DNA of 63,998 bases, the filler included, from Barthelona sp. PAP020 (lineage: Eukaryota): assembly GCA_040182905.1 (NCBI GenBank). It is 4 parts of 4 records of this genome, joined end to end, with 100 filler letters (N's around TTAATTAATTAA, not from the genome) between each part and the next. Parts side by side here need not be neighbours in the genome. Positions count along the whole stretch, not along the records: positions 1 to 17,349 come from JARQWU010000243.1; 3 more parts are not named here. One strand, 5' to 3'. The notes beneath the pieces are model-generated. The model did no database searches and was not told the DNA's origin. It saw only the letters and a list, made by a program, of their open reading frames with translations. Below are positions 1-11,298 of the stretch, in pieces. How positions within the stretch are numbered: position 1 is the stretch's first letter; the number at the start of each line of letters is the position of its first letter. The position numbers and the translations under genes were made by a program.

Positions 1-178
1 GACCAAAACAGCAAAGATACCATGGAGTAATTTCCCCAACCCCAGTTAGTAAATATAAATTAAAGCCTTTAATTTTGCCCTTTCGTCTAACGTGAATTCG
101 TCTGAAGTGAATTTTTGAAGATGCGAAGTTAAACTTTCAGAGACTCGATCCTTTTCCTTTTCCTTCTTTGTGGAAAAT

Positions 179-261
179 CGGTGACAAGGAGATTCGAACT
201 CCTGCGCCCGCAAGGGCAAATGATTTCAAGTCACACGTCTTAACCGCTCGACCATGTCACC
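179..261 (-). tRNA. tRNA-Ser (anticodon UGA), long variable arm, no intron
   Basis: Reverse complement folds as a cloverleaf: acceptor GGTGACA/TGTCACC + discriminator G, D arm GTC-GAGCGGTTAA-GAC, anticodon loop CT-TGA-AA, variable hairpin GCCC-TTGC-GGGC, T arm AGGAG-TTCGAAT-CTCCT; followed by ATTTT (Pol III terminator-like). Confidence 0.95.
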
Positions 262-482
262 ATACTCCCAAGGAAAATTAATGCTTTTTTGTAGTTAAAA
301 CACAAAACACTTTTTATTTTTAATTTTGTATTTGGTTTTGAACATCCAAAGACTTCCATTTCTAAAACACTATCTAACTTACATTTTAAGTTTTAATTAA
401 AAAATTGCCATAAAAATAGGTTCTTTATATCAAAACAGAACAGAAAAAATTCCTTATATTGCTTATTCTTTGAAAAGAAAAG

Positions 483-800
483 TTTATTTCTATGCCAAGA
501 AGCACTGTACGTAGAGTGAATAAAAAAGAACAGTGTTTATTTGGTTAAAGGCTTTCGAGGTCATATTGATCTGTTGAGAACTTTGGATTTTCTGAGGTAA
601 AGTTTAAACTTTAAAATTTTGCTTCTGCAAAAAATACAAAAAAATGGGAATGGAAAATCTTTCCAAAATTTTCATACTTGATGACCAAGATTCAATTGCA
701 GCCACTCAGTTTCTGTGGCTGAGATTTGCTAGAATGAGTTTTCTATGTTTACTTTCTTTGTAAATAAATATAGTTGTTTCACAACTTGACCAAAAATTTT
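483..800. repeat. Dispersed ~320-bp non-coding repeat, family A copy 1
   Basis: Colinear with 47124-47450; shared blocks include gccaagaagcactgt, gtgtttatttggttaaaggcttt, attgatctgttga, taaagtttaaactt, gtttactttctttgtaaataaatat, gttgtttcacaact. Confidence 0.9.
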
Positions 801-1390
801 AAATCAGGTAAAATTAATTGAAATATTTATTGAAGAAATAAATCCATTAACAGAAAAAAGAAAGAAAAAGAAACTCCTTTTGAAAAATTTCAACTGAAAA
901 CATCAAGTTTTTGAAATTATTTGAATTCAAACTGTCAATTCAAATGAAAATTATTGGACAATTTTCAGTTTTCAATTTCAATTCTTCGATATTTTTCCAA
1001 AGTGAAACTAAAACGGTTTAACTTTCACTAGATAGAGTAATTCTGCAATAGAAATGAATAATACAAAAACCTAAGCCATTATAAACAAGTATTTTCATGT
1101 TCTAGATTTGTCTATTCTCTATTTGTAGTTTGTGACTTCTTTACAATGTACAACCGATGTAAAAAGAAGAGAAAAAAAAATATCATGAGTCTAACTTTAT
1201 CCCTTGAAAAAATCCCCACCTATAAATAACCCAATTAGCACCTTGGGATGAAAACCTAAATTTATACCTGCGAATAATTGAAAATTTTGATAACAAAATA
1301 ACAAAACATTCGTTACATATAGTGAATATTATCCAATTTAAAATATATTCATTCATATATGACTTATCAATTGAATCATATTCAAACCAT

Positions 1391-2775
1391 TCAATGTGTT
1401 TTATGTAACCACAAGAAAATAAAAATTGCTTCAATAAAGAAGAAAACACAACCTAAAATCAAAAAAAACATCTGAATTACCTTACTTGTGGAAAAAATTC
1501 CCATGTGAAATTCTGTCCTACCTTTCTTTTTATCAATTGCTTTACACTTTTCTCTTGATTTTAATTGCATCAAAGGAGGTATGATAAAAGCTAGTGAGAT
1601 GGCAATTAAACCCAGAAAACGCTCTATCACAGCCAATTGAGTGGTAATTAATATCAACGTGAGAGGAATAAGAATGCAGCTTATTTTGCACCATGCAATG
1701 CCAATTTTTCGACCAAAATTCATTCTTATCAATGTATTGACAACTATTTCTGATGCTAATGGATAACAAGAAATGAGATCCAAAGCGGGAAAGAAGAGAA
1801 TAAAAAATCTAACGGCAAAATCAAAAAATGTTGGATTTGCTGAACCCCAATTATAGTTTTTCCAAACTAAAGAAATGGGATCAGTAATGGCTTCACCAAA
1901 GTAAAAGCTTGTTATGGTAATAATGAAAAAATAACAAACTGAAAGAAATGCAGTGGCACCAAGCACTACTTTTCTACCATCTTTTTGCTTTTTCATTGTG
2001 TTAACAAAAGTAGGAATACCATAATGTGTGACAAGTGCAGACGATAAACATCCAAATATATGCGATATTCCATCAAAATTTATGGTGGGTAACTTAACCC
2101 AATTTCCTCCAATAACCGAGTTGGCAAAATGTTCGCCGCTTTTGGGAAATGGAAATGAATATGCCCCAATTAACGAAGTGCTAACAACGATAATAACTAA
2201 AATAATCCGCATTAAGAACATAAAAATTTGAAATGCAACTTGTTCTTTTAACCCTTTGTATATTAAATAAGATGATATGCATAATAAAATCAAACCATAC
2301 AATCTCACTGTATTGGTAGACGATATGACTTTCAAAGAATGAAAAGCTTGAATGGTTTTACCAAAAACAAGAATATATTGAGCCATCATCACATAGCTAA
2401 ATGATAAAAAACAAATTTCAAAAAAGAATTTAGCTTTGGAGCCAACAAATAATCCTAGAATTTCAGAAAACTCAAATTTTCTGACTTTTGCTTTGCTAGA
2501 CGATACCAAAGATGGATCTTGAGTCTTGACCCACGTTTTGGTCCTTGAAATTGACTCTAATACAAAATTTTGTGTTAATAAAACAACAAAAACTATAACA
2601 ATAAATAGAATGGTCGATATTAACCATCCAGCTTCTACAAATGCTATAAATTAGAAAATTTAAAATCGAGAAATTTCAAACCATTAGGTATCGATAAAAT
2701 ACCACATCCTAATACGAAATTAACAAAGAAACAAAAAGCGGTTAAAGATGAAACACCATCTCCAGTTCTTACCAT
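1391..2775 (-). CDS. Amino-acid transporter (Aa_trans/AAAP family), 2 exons; intron 2644-2681
   Basis: Multi-TM ORF. The TTG-started ORF extends upstream across a 38-nt GTTTGA...CTAATTTATAG intron, restoring MVRTGDGVSSLTAFCFFVNFVLGCGILSIPNAFVEAGW, the typical AAAP N-terminal G-x-G-x-L-x-x-P motif. Confidence 0.85.
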
Positions 2776-3039
2776 ACTCAAAAAATGTAAGAAATAAGTT
2801 TCGAATTCTTTCAAATTTGTTCATCCGTTCATTTTCATTGTGAAAAAACAAAAATTTTTTAAGGAAAATTTAGCAAGTTTCAATAAACAAATAACATATT
2901 TGGCATAAACAGGATGTAAAAAATATCATTACAGGAAAGAAAAAGAATTGAAAAAAATTCCTCTCAAAAGAATGCTTTACGTTCTTTCTCCACAAAAAAT
3001 TGGGCGTAAAAAGAAATATTCAAGGATTTTTTATACATA

Positions 3040-4230
3040 TTAACGTTTTATAAATTTCTTTTCAAACGTTTGACAAATTTCTTTGGCTAAAGGGTCCATT
3101 TCGGCAGTAATAGCTATTGCATTATCTAAATCTGCAAAATCTTGCAATTTAACCCTTGGTTTTAAGGGTTCTGTCAACGGTGAATCAACATTTAAAAGGC
3201 TATCAATGATGATATTTAATAAACTGTCAGGAAAAGCACTGTGCCGTTCTGAAACGGATTTAAATGCTTCAAATAAAGATACTCCTCCATGATTTGAACA
3301 AGAAGAAAAGATTTCATACAAAATATTAAAAGCTTCCGAAGAGCTATTACTGTTGTCTTTATCACTATTAATATTCACTAATTCTTCCTCTTTGATTAAG
3401 CCTTTTGATTCTAAATAATTGATTAACTCATCCTTTTCAAAACAATTGGAAATAAACGGATGTTGAAGCAATTCACTTGCGCTACTTCTTTGTTCAGGAT
3501 CTTTAACCAAACATCTGCCAATAAAATGATTGAAAGTCACACTAAAATTCTTTGGAAGTCTGGGAGGGTCATCTTGAATTATTTTAGTTGTTACAGCGTA
3601 AGGACCAACGTCCGCATAAGGTGGAACACCTAAAGCTAGTTCAATAGCGGTAATTCCCAAACTCCAAATGTCTGCTTTTTGTGTGGTACCACTGTTTATT
3701 AATATTTCAGGAGCCATCCAATGAGGTGTTCCAATACAAGTATGTCGCTTTGAAAATGTGCTGCTAAGCTGAGCAGAAACTCCAAAATCAGCTAATTTTA
3801 TGGAACCATCACCATGTAATAAAATATTCGCGGCTTTTATGTCTCGATGTATTTTGTTATCATTATGGATTATTTCTAACCCTTTTAAAATATCTTTCAA
3901 AATAATTGCAATAATATTTTCACTTAATGGTTCAATATTACCATTAGAGTTTTCTAATAAGCCTAACACACTACCAACAGACAGATATTCCATTACAATA
4001 TTCAATTCGTTGCCATTTTGATATGAATCAAAAAATCTAGTGATATAAGGACAGTTAAAATTCATTAAAAAGTTCAATTCTTTCTTTATTGAATCATATT
4101 CTTCATCAATTAATGATAAATTGATTGTTTTAATGGCGACAATTCTCTTTTTTAACAAATCTTTGGCTTTGTACACTCTTCCAAAAGCACCTGTACCAAT
4201 CAATTCAATTATTTCATATTGTTCTTTCAT
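3040..4230 (-). CDS. STE20-family (GCK/MST-like) Ser/Thr kinase
   Basis: GTGAFG loop, VAIK, HRDIKAANIL, DFG, GTPHWMAPE, DIWSLGITAIELA. Confidence 0.92.
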   Translation of the reverse strand: MKEQYEIIELIGTGAFGRVYKAKDLLKKRIVAIKTINLSLIDEEYDSIKKELNFLMNFNCPYITRFFDSYQNGNELNIVMEYLSVGSVLGLLENSNGNIEPLSENIIAIILKDILKGLEIIHNDNKIHRDIKAANILLHGDGSIKLADFGVSAQLSSTFSKRHTCIGTPHWMAPEILINSGTTQKADIWSLGITAIELALGVPPYADVGPYAVTTKIIQDDPPRLPKNFSVTFNHFIGRCLVKDPEQRSSASELLQHPFISNCFEKDELINYLESKGLIKEEELVNINSDKDNSNSSSEAFNILYEIFSSCSNHGGVSLFEAFKSVSERHSAFPDSLLNIIIDSLLNVDSPLTEPLKPRVKLQDFADLDNAIAITAEMDPLAKEICQTFEKKFIKR

Positions 4231-4372
4231 TTAAAAAAAAGTTAATAATGCCTAAAAAAAAAACTGACATTGAAGCAACCGTTTTGCTTTATACAATCAA
4301 AACAGTAATCATTCAAAAACAACAACAAAATTAAACCTATCTTTACAATAAAAACAAAAAATAATAAAACGG

Positions 4373-5843
4373 TCATTTGTTTGAAATGACAGCCAAGTGA
4401 CGCTCTAAATCTCTTGTGTCATATCCTTTTTCCTTTCTTTCATTTATTAACTTTTGACCATACAATATGATATCTTCTTCCTCGATTTTTGCAGCTTTAT
4501 TTGCATTATACAACATTCTCTTTTCTTGAATTAAGTCTTTTTGTGCTAAATTTCTCTTCTGTTGCATCTTCCTCAGATTGTAACTTGCTTCTTTTTGATT
4601 TTGTGCATATACAGCTTTTTGTCTTGCAATTTCCTCATTTTCCAATTCTTCTTGCAATTTATTGATCTGTTCTCCATGTCTTTTCTTTTGGTTCAATTGT
4701 TTTTCATCTAGTTTTATTTTTCTATTGAAAATTTCAATTCTGTGACGTTCAATCTCTCTTTGTCTTTGTTGTCTTTTTTCTTCCAACATTTGAGCTTGTT
4801 TTTCGCTTTTATCAACAAAAGACTCTTCTTCAATACCAAGAGAATATGACTTGGGATTCGAATCATAAATCTTCTTCAATCTATCAAAATTTTCATTAGC
4901 TTGTTCTTCTTTAAAACTTTTCTCTTCCAAAGACATATCTGTAAGACATGCTTTAAATACAGCTTTTTGCTCATCAAATGTCTTCACCATTTTATCTTCT
5001 AGATCGTTCTTTTCCTCTTCCAATTGTCTTCTGGTGCTGATTAGTTTATCATTTGCCTTGATAAATTCTTTTTGCTTTTCTTTAACCATAACTTGATGAG
5101 AATCATCCCTCTCAAACATTTTGTCGAACAAAGTAAAAGTATCAATTGAATCGTCAGTGACATTTCTTTGTTTATGTCTGTCCTCTACAATCTTCTCCAA
5201 TTCTTTCTTGATATTGATATCCAATTGCTTGGTATCTTTCATTGTTTGTTCATCTCTTTCAGCGGCATTAATCCAAAAAGGTGTATAAACTTCAGATACA
5301 GCATCAGCTTCTTTTTGCATCTTATTTAAATCATTTTTCCATTCTATTTGTTTTTGTAACTCATGATTAATATCAGTTTGATTGGCTCGCATGTCTAATT
5401 CTTTAATACGCTCATCATCCATCAACATTTTTTCATAAATCATTTGTTGTTGTTTAAGAGACTGTTCTCTTCTCAAGGCGGCTTCTTGTTGTTCCAAATG
5501 TTGTTGATACAATTCTTCTTCTTCCGCTGCCTTTTTTTGGACTTTTAAAATATTCTCTCGTTCTGATTTAATTGTGTTTGTCCATTTTTTTGTGCGTTTC
5601 ATCGATTTTTCGTGTAATTCTTCTGCCTTATTTTTTAAATATATTTGAGACTTACTAGGTCCAATTATTGACTTTTCCTTTTTAATTGTATTGGATAAAC
5701 TATTCAATTCTGAAGCAGATATTACACTGATATTGGGATTCTTCACAGTGATTTGTGTTGGACGTGAAAATAAACTTTCATCAACATCTAAATGTTAGAT
5801 ACGATATTATAAATTTCTATGGCATACAAGTTGAAGAATACAT
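4373..5843 (-). CDS. Coiled-coil ciliary protein, CFAP210/CCDC173-like; intron 5788-5827
   Basis: E/K/Q-rich coiled coil with N-terminal ELHEKS...WTNT motif as in CCDC173. The GTG-started ORF is completed by a 16-nt exon (MYSST) and a 40-nt GTATGC...CTAACATTTAG intron, in frame. Confidence 0.65.
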
Positions 5844-6411
5844 GTTTGATTGAATAAAAAATGTTTTCAAATTGAGTTTTCTTTTTTATTGTTATTTTGG
5901 TTATTGAGTGAAGAAGTATCATAAAGATCAATTTTGAAAACAATAATTGTGTTTTGAAAGAGAAAAAAAGTAGAATTGATCGGTGAAGAAAATCCTTCTA
6001 AAGAGTATAAACTCTTAAATTCCGGACAGAATGCTCTTTAAAAAAGGAAACAAGGATGTTACAATATTTATTATTTTAGAATTATTCTGCAAAAATATAT
6101 ATTGGGCAGAGTATGAATTGTTTCAGGACCTGAATCTGTTGCAAGTAAATTATTAGAAAAAAAAGGGACCATTCTTTTTTAAATTTTCAATAATTCTTCA
6201 GATTGGTTTCCATACTGAAAAAATAAATATCAAAAAAATGGCAATATTAAGCATAGAATAATAGAATTTACCGTTAATGTTAATATTTTAAATTTGTTGA
6301 AAACAAATGGATCAGATAAAAAAGGGGAGATATTGTCATTATTTTTTTTCTTTAAAAACAAAACCAAAGGCTTTTTTATTGAGATTTTTAGTCAAAAGAA
6401 GTAGAATTAAT

Positions 6412-7314
6412 ATGAAATCAAATCAAATAGCAGATTGTTTATTAAATCGATTGAATATATCGAGTCAATGGGCGAGAGTTTGGTTGGAAGATTATCATGT
6501 TTTTCAAGAAATGGTTAAAAATTTGAGTTTTTCAAATTTACCTTATCGAATTGATCATTCTTCGTCAAGAATGGTTGTAAGACCTCAATATCCATTGAAT
6601 AGTCATTATGTTGATGGTTTTTTTGAAAACCAATACATATTTTTGAGAGCACCTAAATCTTTTGAGTTAGCTTCGTTTTATAATTTGCTTGCTCAATCAA
6701 AGAGTGATATCGTTGTTTCTTTAAACCCTACATACAGTAGAAATGATGATGTTGCCATATATTACCATCCTTCAGAATTGTTTGTTTTCAACAATTTTGA
6801 ATATCAGCCCATAATTGTCTTACAGAGCGATTCGGTACGAATCACCAAATTAATACCGGTCGAAGATGGTCATTCTTTCAATGCAATTCAAGCAAAGCAT
6901 CCACATGATTCTTCAGATCTTGATACTACTTTGGAAGTGATTGCAGCAATTCTATTGTTATTGCTCAAAAAATTCAATGTATCTTTTGAAAATCTAACAT
7001 TTGAAACATTGTTGAGCGTTGCTGAAGAAAACATTAGACCTATAATTTTTCATTGTTGGGATGGTATTCAAAAATGTTGTCTATTTGGAGCTTGTTTAAA
7101 TTTCATTTGGTCTCGTCTTGCTGATGACACTTTATCACACACAGATTATGATTTTGATGAGGCTTTATTGAAAATTGTCAAACAAACAAATCTCACTGCC
7201 TTTTCTTCATTATCACACTATATATTTATTAGAGCTTTTGCCAGATGGTTTAATCCTCAATTGTTGTTGGATAAAGTTTTAAATCTTAACTCTAAATATT
7301 GTTTTGATGAATAA
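6412..7314 (+). CDS. Divergent classical protein-tyrosine-phosphatase-fold protein, probably catalytically impaired
   Basis: YPLNSHYVDGF...QYIFLRAP resembles PTP YINA..V/YIAxQGP motifs; PIIFHCWDGIQKC aligns to the PxxVHCxxGxxR loop with K in place of R. Start could be 6307 or 6412. Confidence 0.6.
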   Translation: MKSNQIADCLLNRLNISSQWARVWLEDYHVFQEMVKNLSFSNLPYRIDHSSSRMVVRPQYPLNSHYVDGFFENQYIFLRAPKSFELASFYNLLAQSKSDIVVSLNPTYSRNDDVAIYYHPSELFVFNNFEYQPIIVLQSDSVRITKLIPVEDGHSFNAIQAKHPHDSSDLDTTLEVIAAILLLLLKKFNVSFENLTFETLLSVAEENIRPIIFHCWDGIQKCCLFGACLNFIWSRLADDTLSHTDYDFDEALLKIVKQTNLTAFSSLSHYIFIRAFARWFNPQLLLDKVLNLNSKYCFDE

Positions 7315-7662
7315 GTTTAGGTGCTTTTTTGAGTATTTTGTAAATGAATTTTAACTGAAGTCTTTTTGTTAAAAACAAGCACCAAAATTTACTTAGAATC
7401 TTATATTATTGCTTTAAAGATTGTTATCATTTGTTGAAATTGTTAAAAGGAAAAACTAACCAACATTCCTTTTTGATTTAATACCATCCTGAAAACTTGA
7501 TAACTGATTAAAAAGTTATCTATTTAAAACAAATGAAAACTAATATATCAATAGATGAATGAATAAATGATAAAAAATGAATGGCAAACAACAATTCAAA
7601 AGATTTTTTTTTTTTGTATTGTGTTCTTTTCTTAGAAACAAATAAGAATATGAAAGTTTAGT

Positions 7663-10347
7663 ATGATTTTAAAACCCGAAAAAAAGAATAGGAAGGATAT
7701 GAGAGATAACAAAATGAAAGGGGAATTATTTAAAATAGATACGGAAATTGAATCTGAGATGGATTTTGAAGAAGATAGTTATGTTGATTTTGAGGAAAAT
7801 ATTGGATATGCTGAAAAGAAACAAAAGACTAAGAACAAAATAATATTTAACTGTACTGGAACAAGATATCCTGTTGTTAGAGAAGCTGCAAGAGAACAAA
7901 AATGGGTTTTTGGAAATGAAAATGATCCTTGGGATGTGTTATGGCAAGATAGTTGTTTTTCTATTGATCAAGTTGTTAGATTAGAACCGTATCAACGGGT
8001 AAATCATTTTATTGGTATGAGTGAGATAGCTAGAAAGGATAATCTTGCCAGAAACCTGACAAAATTGTCTCACCTATTTCCAAAGGATTATAATTTTGTA
8101 CCAAAGACCTGGCACGTGCCTAAAGAACTGTTTGATTTTCAGCAACATCATTCTCATCGATCATCTAAAAAGAATGTATTCTACATTGTAAAACCTTCAG
8201 CTTCTGCACAGGGAAAAGGAATTTATTTGATATCTGATCCTTCACAGTTAGATGCTTCGCTTTTAGAAGAAACTACATGCGTAGTACAAGAATATATCAA
8301 TGATCCTTTTTTAATCAATGGTTTTAAATTTGATCTACGTATCTACGTGTTAGTTTTGAGTGTTGATCCGCTTAAAATATACATTTATGATGAAGGTTTG
8401 GCCAGGTTTGCCACTTCACCATTTTCTAAAGTAACCAATGAAAATGCTGCCAATCTATTCATGCATTTAACCAATTATGCTATCAACAAGCATAATGAGA
8501 ATTTTATTTTCAATTCTAACGATCAGAGGGATGATGAAGGATCAAAATGGAGTTTAACCGCCATTTGGAAACATTTAAAGACATTAAACCATGATGTTGA
8601 ACAGATTAAACGTATGATGCATGATTTGATAGTTAAAACTATCATTTCAATACAACCTCATTTAAAACAAGAGTTTTATGCTGTAATAGGCAATAGAACT
8701 GATTCTTTTGGAAGCTTTGAAATTTTGGGTTTCGATATTCTATTAAAGGAGGATTTGAAGCCGATGTTGATTGAAGTTAATCATTCTCCTTCATTTCGTT
8801 GTGATACACCATTAGATCATAATATCAAATTTAATTTGATAAATGATTGCATGAAAATGTTATGTTTGAGTGTGAAACAGAAGCGAAAGGCTATAATGGA
8901 GCAACGCCGAAAATTTCAAAGTCGAATTTTAGGTGAAGTTGATGAAAATTTGCTTGAAAATGACAAAAAGAAGAAGAAGAAATTGAATGATGATGAACGG
9001 GAACGAGATGAAGACTTTTTGGCTAATTATTATTTTAATCCACAGACGTTTATTGAGAAGCATCCTCAGTTTTCAGCAACACTGCCCAGTATTACTAGAC
9101 AAAGGGAGGAATATCAAAAGAAAGGTGGTTGGAGATTGTTATATCCCTTAAAAACAAACTCTACATTCTATAACCAGTTTTTTATTATTTCCAGACCAAG
9201 AGCAATGTCTACAGAATCATTTCGGAGAAAGAAAAAGGCCAAATTTGAAAATAACGGTACTAATAATGCCAATGATTCTTTAACAAGCAACGTTTCACCT
9301 CGAGCAGTTTTATCAGCTGAAGAAAAAGCCAAAATTCAGGAAAAAATAAATGCTGCAGTTAATCGTTTATATTCTGATTCTTCCACGTCTAATTTAAAGA
9401 AGAAGAATGTGGAGGATTTGAAGAAAGATACTATTGCAAGATTTAAAGGGCCAAGAAACATGTTTGTAAGTAGAAAGTTTGTTCCCAAAGCAACCACGAA
9501 GTTTAACATTGAATTTCTGCCTCCAATAGCAAAAGAAGATAATTTTACCAGTGATTGTCGTAGGTTTAGAACTGATTCAAGGTTGGATTATCAAGAAACA
9601 GATTCTTCTTTGACAGAACAGAATATCAGAGAAAGAGATTATTGTCATAGCTCTGCTTCAAATGTCAGTTCCACTTCCAACGTTTCAAACATAAGTTATG
9701 ATTCAAACTTGAGTTCAAATTCCTTTTTAAGATCCAAATCAAAAACTCAACCATATTTTAACTCTCAATCAAACTTAAGAGCCAGTTCACAGCCTGTTAT
9801 TAATAAGCAATTCAATAATCTTCGCGATATCGATATGGCTATTGATAGACAGTCAATTCTCTCTTCTAAAAAGGATACATTACAGTCCTATTTGGAAGAA
9901 ACGCAACTCTCTCACATTATATTGAAGGGTATTACAACAAAACAAGTTTCACCCGCTTTTAAGGTCAAGATTAACAAGAGATTCAAAGATATGCAGTTGC
10001 AAGCGCAAGAACAAGTGTCACAACCAAATGAATATGCTCTAAATGAATCGTTAGGCCGAATTACTTATGGGAACATTGAACGCAAACGTCCTTTGTCGAT
10101 TCAGAAAAACCCACAATCATACGTGAGAACGAACTCAAATTTCAAATATGAAGTGCCAAATTTTGTCAAACCACCAATACCCACACACATGATCCCGAAA
10201 AAAACTTTTGAGCAGATCAGACATTCATCACTTGGTTCTTTTGGTAGAACTCAAATTCAAACAACTCCACCTCTATCATTACCTAGTCAACATTCAAAGA
10301 ATTCAAAAAATTCTGTCTTTAGACAGTCGTGGAATTCTGACTATTAA
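7663..10347 (+). CDS. Tubulin polyglutamylase, TTLL6/13/7-like
   Basis: WDVLWQD, QRVNHF, IVKPSASAQGKGI, QEYINDPFLINGFKFDLRIY, MHLTNYAINK, FEILGFD, IEVNHSPSF. Confidence 0.92.
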   Translation: MILKPEKKNRKDMRDNKMKGELFKIDTEIESEMDFEEDSYVDFEENIGYAEKKQKTKNKIIFNCTGTRYPVVREAAREQKWVFGNENDPWDVLWQDSCFSIDQVVRLEPYQRVNHFIGMSEIARKDNLARNLTKLSHLFPKDYNFVPKTWHVPKELFDFQQHHSHRSSKKNVFYIVKPSASAQGKGIYLISDPSQLDASLLEETTCVVQEYINDPFLINGFKFDLRIYVLVLSVDPLKIYIYDEGLARFATSPFSKVTNENAANLFMHLTNYAINKHNENFIFNSNDQRDDEGSKWSLTAIWKHLKTLNHDVEQIKRMMHDLIVKTIISIQPHLKQEFYAVIGNRTDSFGSFEILGFDILLKEDLKPMLIEVNHSPSFRCDTPLDHNIKFNLINDCMKMLCLSVKQKRKAIMEQRRKFQSRILGEVDENLLENDKKKKKKLNDDERERDEDFLANYYFNPQTFIEKHPQFSATLPSITRQREEYQKKGGWRLLYPLKTNSTFYNQFFIISRPRAMSTESFRRKKKAKFENNGTNNANDSLTSNVSPRAVLSAEEKAKIQEKINAAVNRLYSDSSTSNLKKKNVEDLKKDTIARFKGPRNMFVSRKFVPKATTKFNIEFLPPIAKEDNFTSDCRRFRTDSRLDYQETDSSLTEQNIRERDYCHSSASNVSSTSNVSNISYDSNLSSNSFLRSKSKTQPYFNSQSNLRASSQPVINKQFNNLRDIDMAIDRQSILSSKKDTLQSYLEETQLSHIILKGITTKQVSPAFKVKINKRFKDMQLQAQEQVSQPNEYALNESLGRITYGNIERKRPLSIQKNPQSYVRTNSNFKYEVPNFVKPPIPTHMIPKKTFEQIRHSSLGSFGRTQIQTTPPLSLPSQHSKNSKNSVFRQSWNSDY

Positions 10348-10396
10348 TTTAACAATAATAAACAATTTTGCCTGCATGACATTTTTTTTCATACTT

Positions 10397-11008
10397 TTAT
10401 TTTTTTATTTCAGTGAATTGACAACCTAATTTGCCAGTACCTTTCCAGGGTTTTGGTATCAGAATCAATTGTACAATCTCTCTGCTTTCTTTCCTCAAAA
10501 CATGAAGAGGGACCTTTTGGTATTCTAATTCTGTGATAATGCGAGCAATATCAATTAAACTTTCATAATTTTGGTAAGTAACATTGCCAAACTCTATAAT
10601 TTCATCATCAACTAATAAGCCGCATTCTTTTGCTGGAGATTCTTCCATAATATCGGTAACCCTTAAAAATGTTATAGGGAATTCTTGGTTATTCTTTTCA
10701 TCATCAACATTATCTTTAGGATTATCCTTTATAATATCATTTTCATCAAGTTGATGTAACAAATGAAGACCTTTTTCGATTCTATTCATTAACACTCTAT
10801 AATCATTATTTAACGTGGCCAATCTGTTTCTTTTGGTTAATATTTCTTCAATATCAATATCATCTCTTGGAAAACCTTCATTATCTAATAAATTTCCACT
10901 TAGTCCAGGACCATTCTTTAATAAAGTCTTTAATTCAATCATTTCTTTTTCCATTTCATCCCTTTCAATAATCAATTTCATGACATCATTTCGAGTGATA
11001 TGTGACAT
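10397..11008 (-). CDS. PSMD9: 26S proteasome assembly chaperone Nas2/PSMD9
   Basis: LLDNEGFPRDDID, LNNDY, PDZ-like SPAKECGL...IIEFG, C-terminal LIPKPWKGTGKLGC. Confidence 0.92.
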   Translation of the reverse strand: MSHITRNDVMKLIIERDEMEKEMIELKTLLKNGPGLSGNLLDNEGFPRDDIDIEEILTKRNRLATLNNDYRVLMNRIEKGLHLLHQLDENDIIKDNPKDNVDDEKNNQEFPITFLRVTDIMEESPAKECGLLVDDEIIEFGNVTYQNYESLIDIARIITELEYQKVPLHVLRKESREIVQLILIPKPWKGTGKLGCQFTEIKK

Positions 11009-11298
11009 CTTTTATATATTGAAAAAGAATATCTGTTTTTTTTTATTTCTGTTGTATTTCTTGAATTATTATTGTTATATCTCTTTTAATCAAAAAAGGA
11101 ATCATAATAGTACCAAAATCACAACAAACTATATGAAAAAAAATACAAAAACAAAAATATCTTTTATATTCTTTTAATCATTGAATTCAGTGTAAAATAA
11201 GTTATCAAATTGGTGTTCTGCTTTGAAAAAAAAAATAAATGATGGGTTTAGCCATTTCAATTTCATTTTTTAGTATTAATAATTGAATTAAATGTTTA

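Noticed and set aside
1..170. Minus-strand protein-like stretch (KEKEKDRVSESL...LIYIY*LGLGK) just downstream of the tRNA
   Set aside because: No start codon, an in-frame TAA and truncation by the window edge; not enough to call a gene or a recoded stop.
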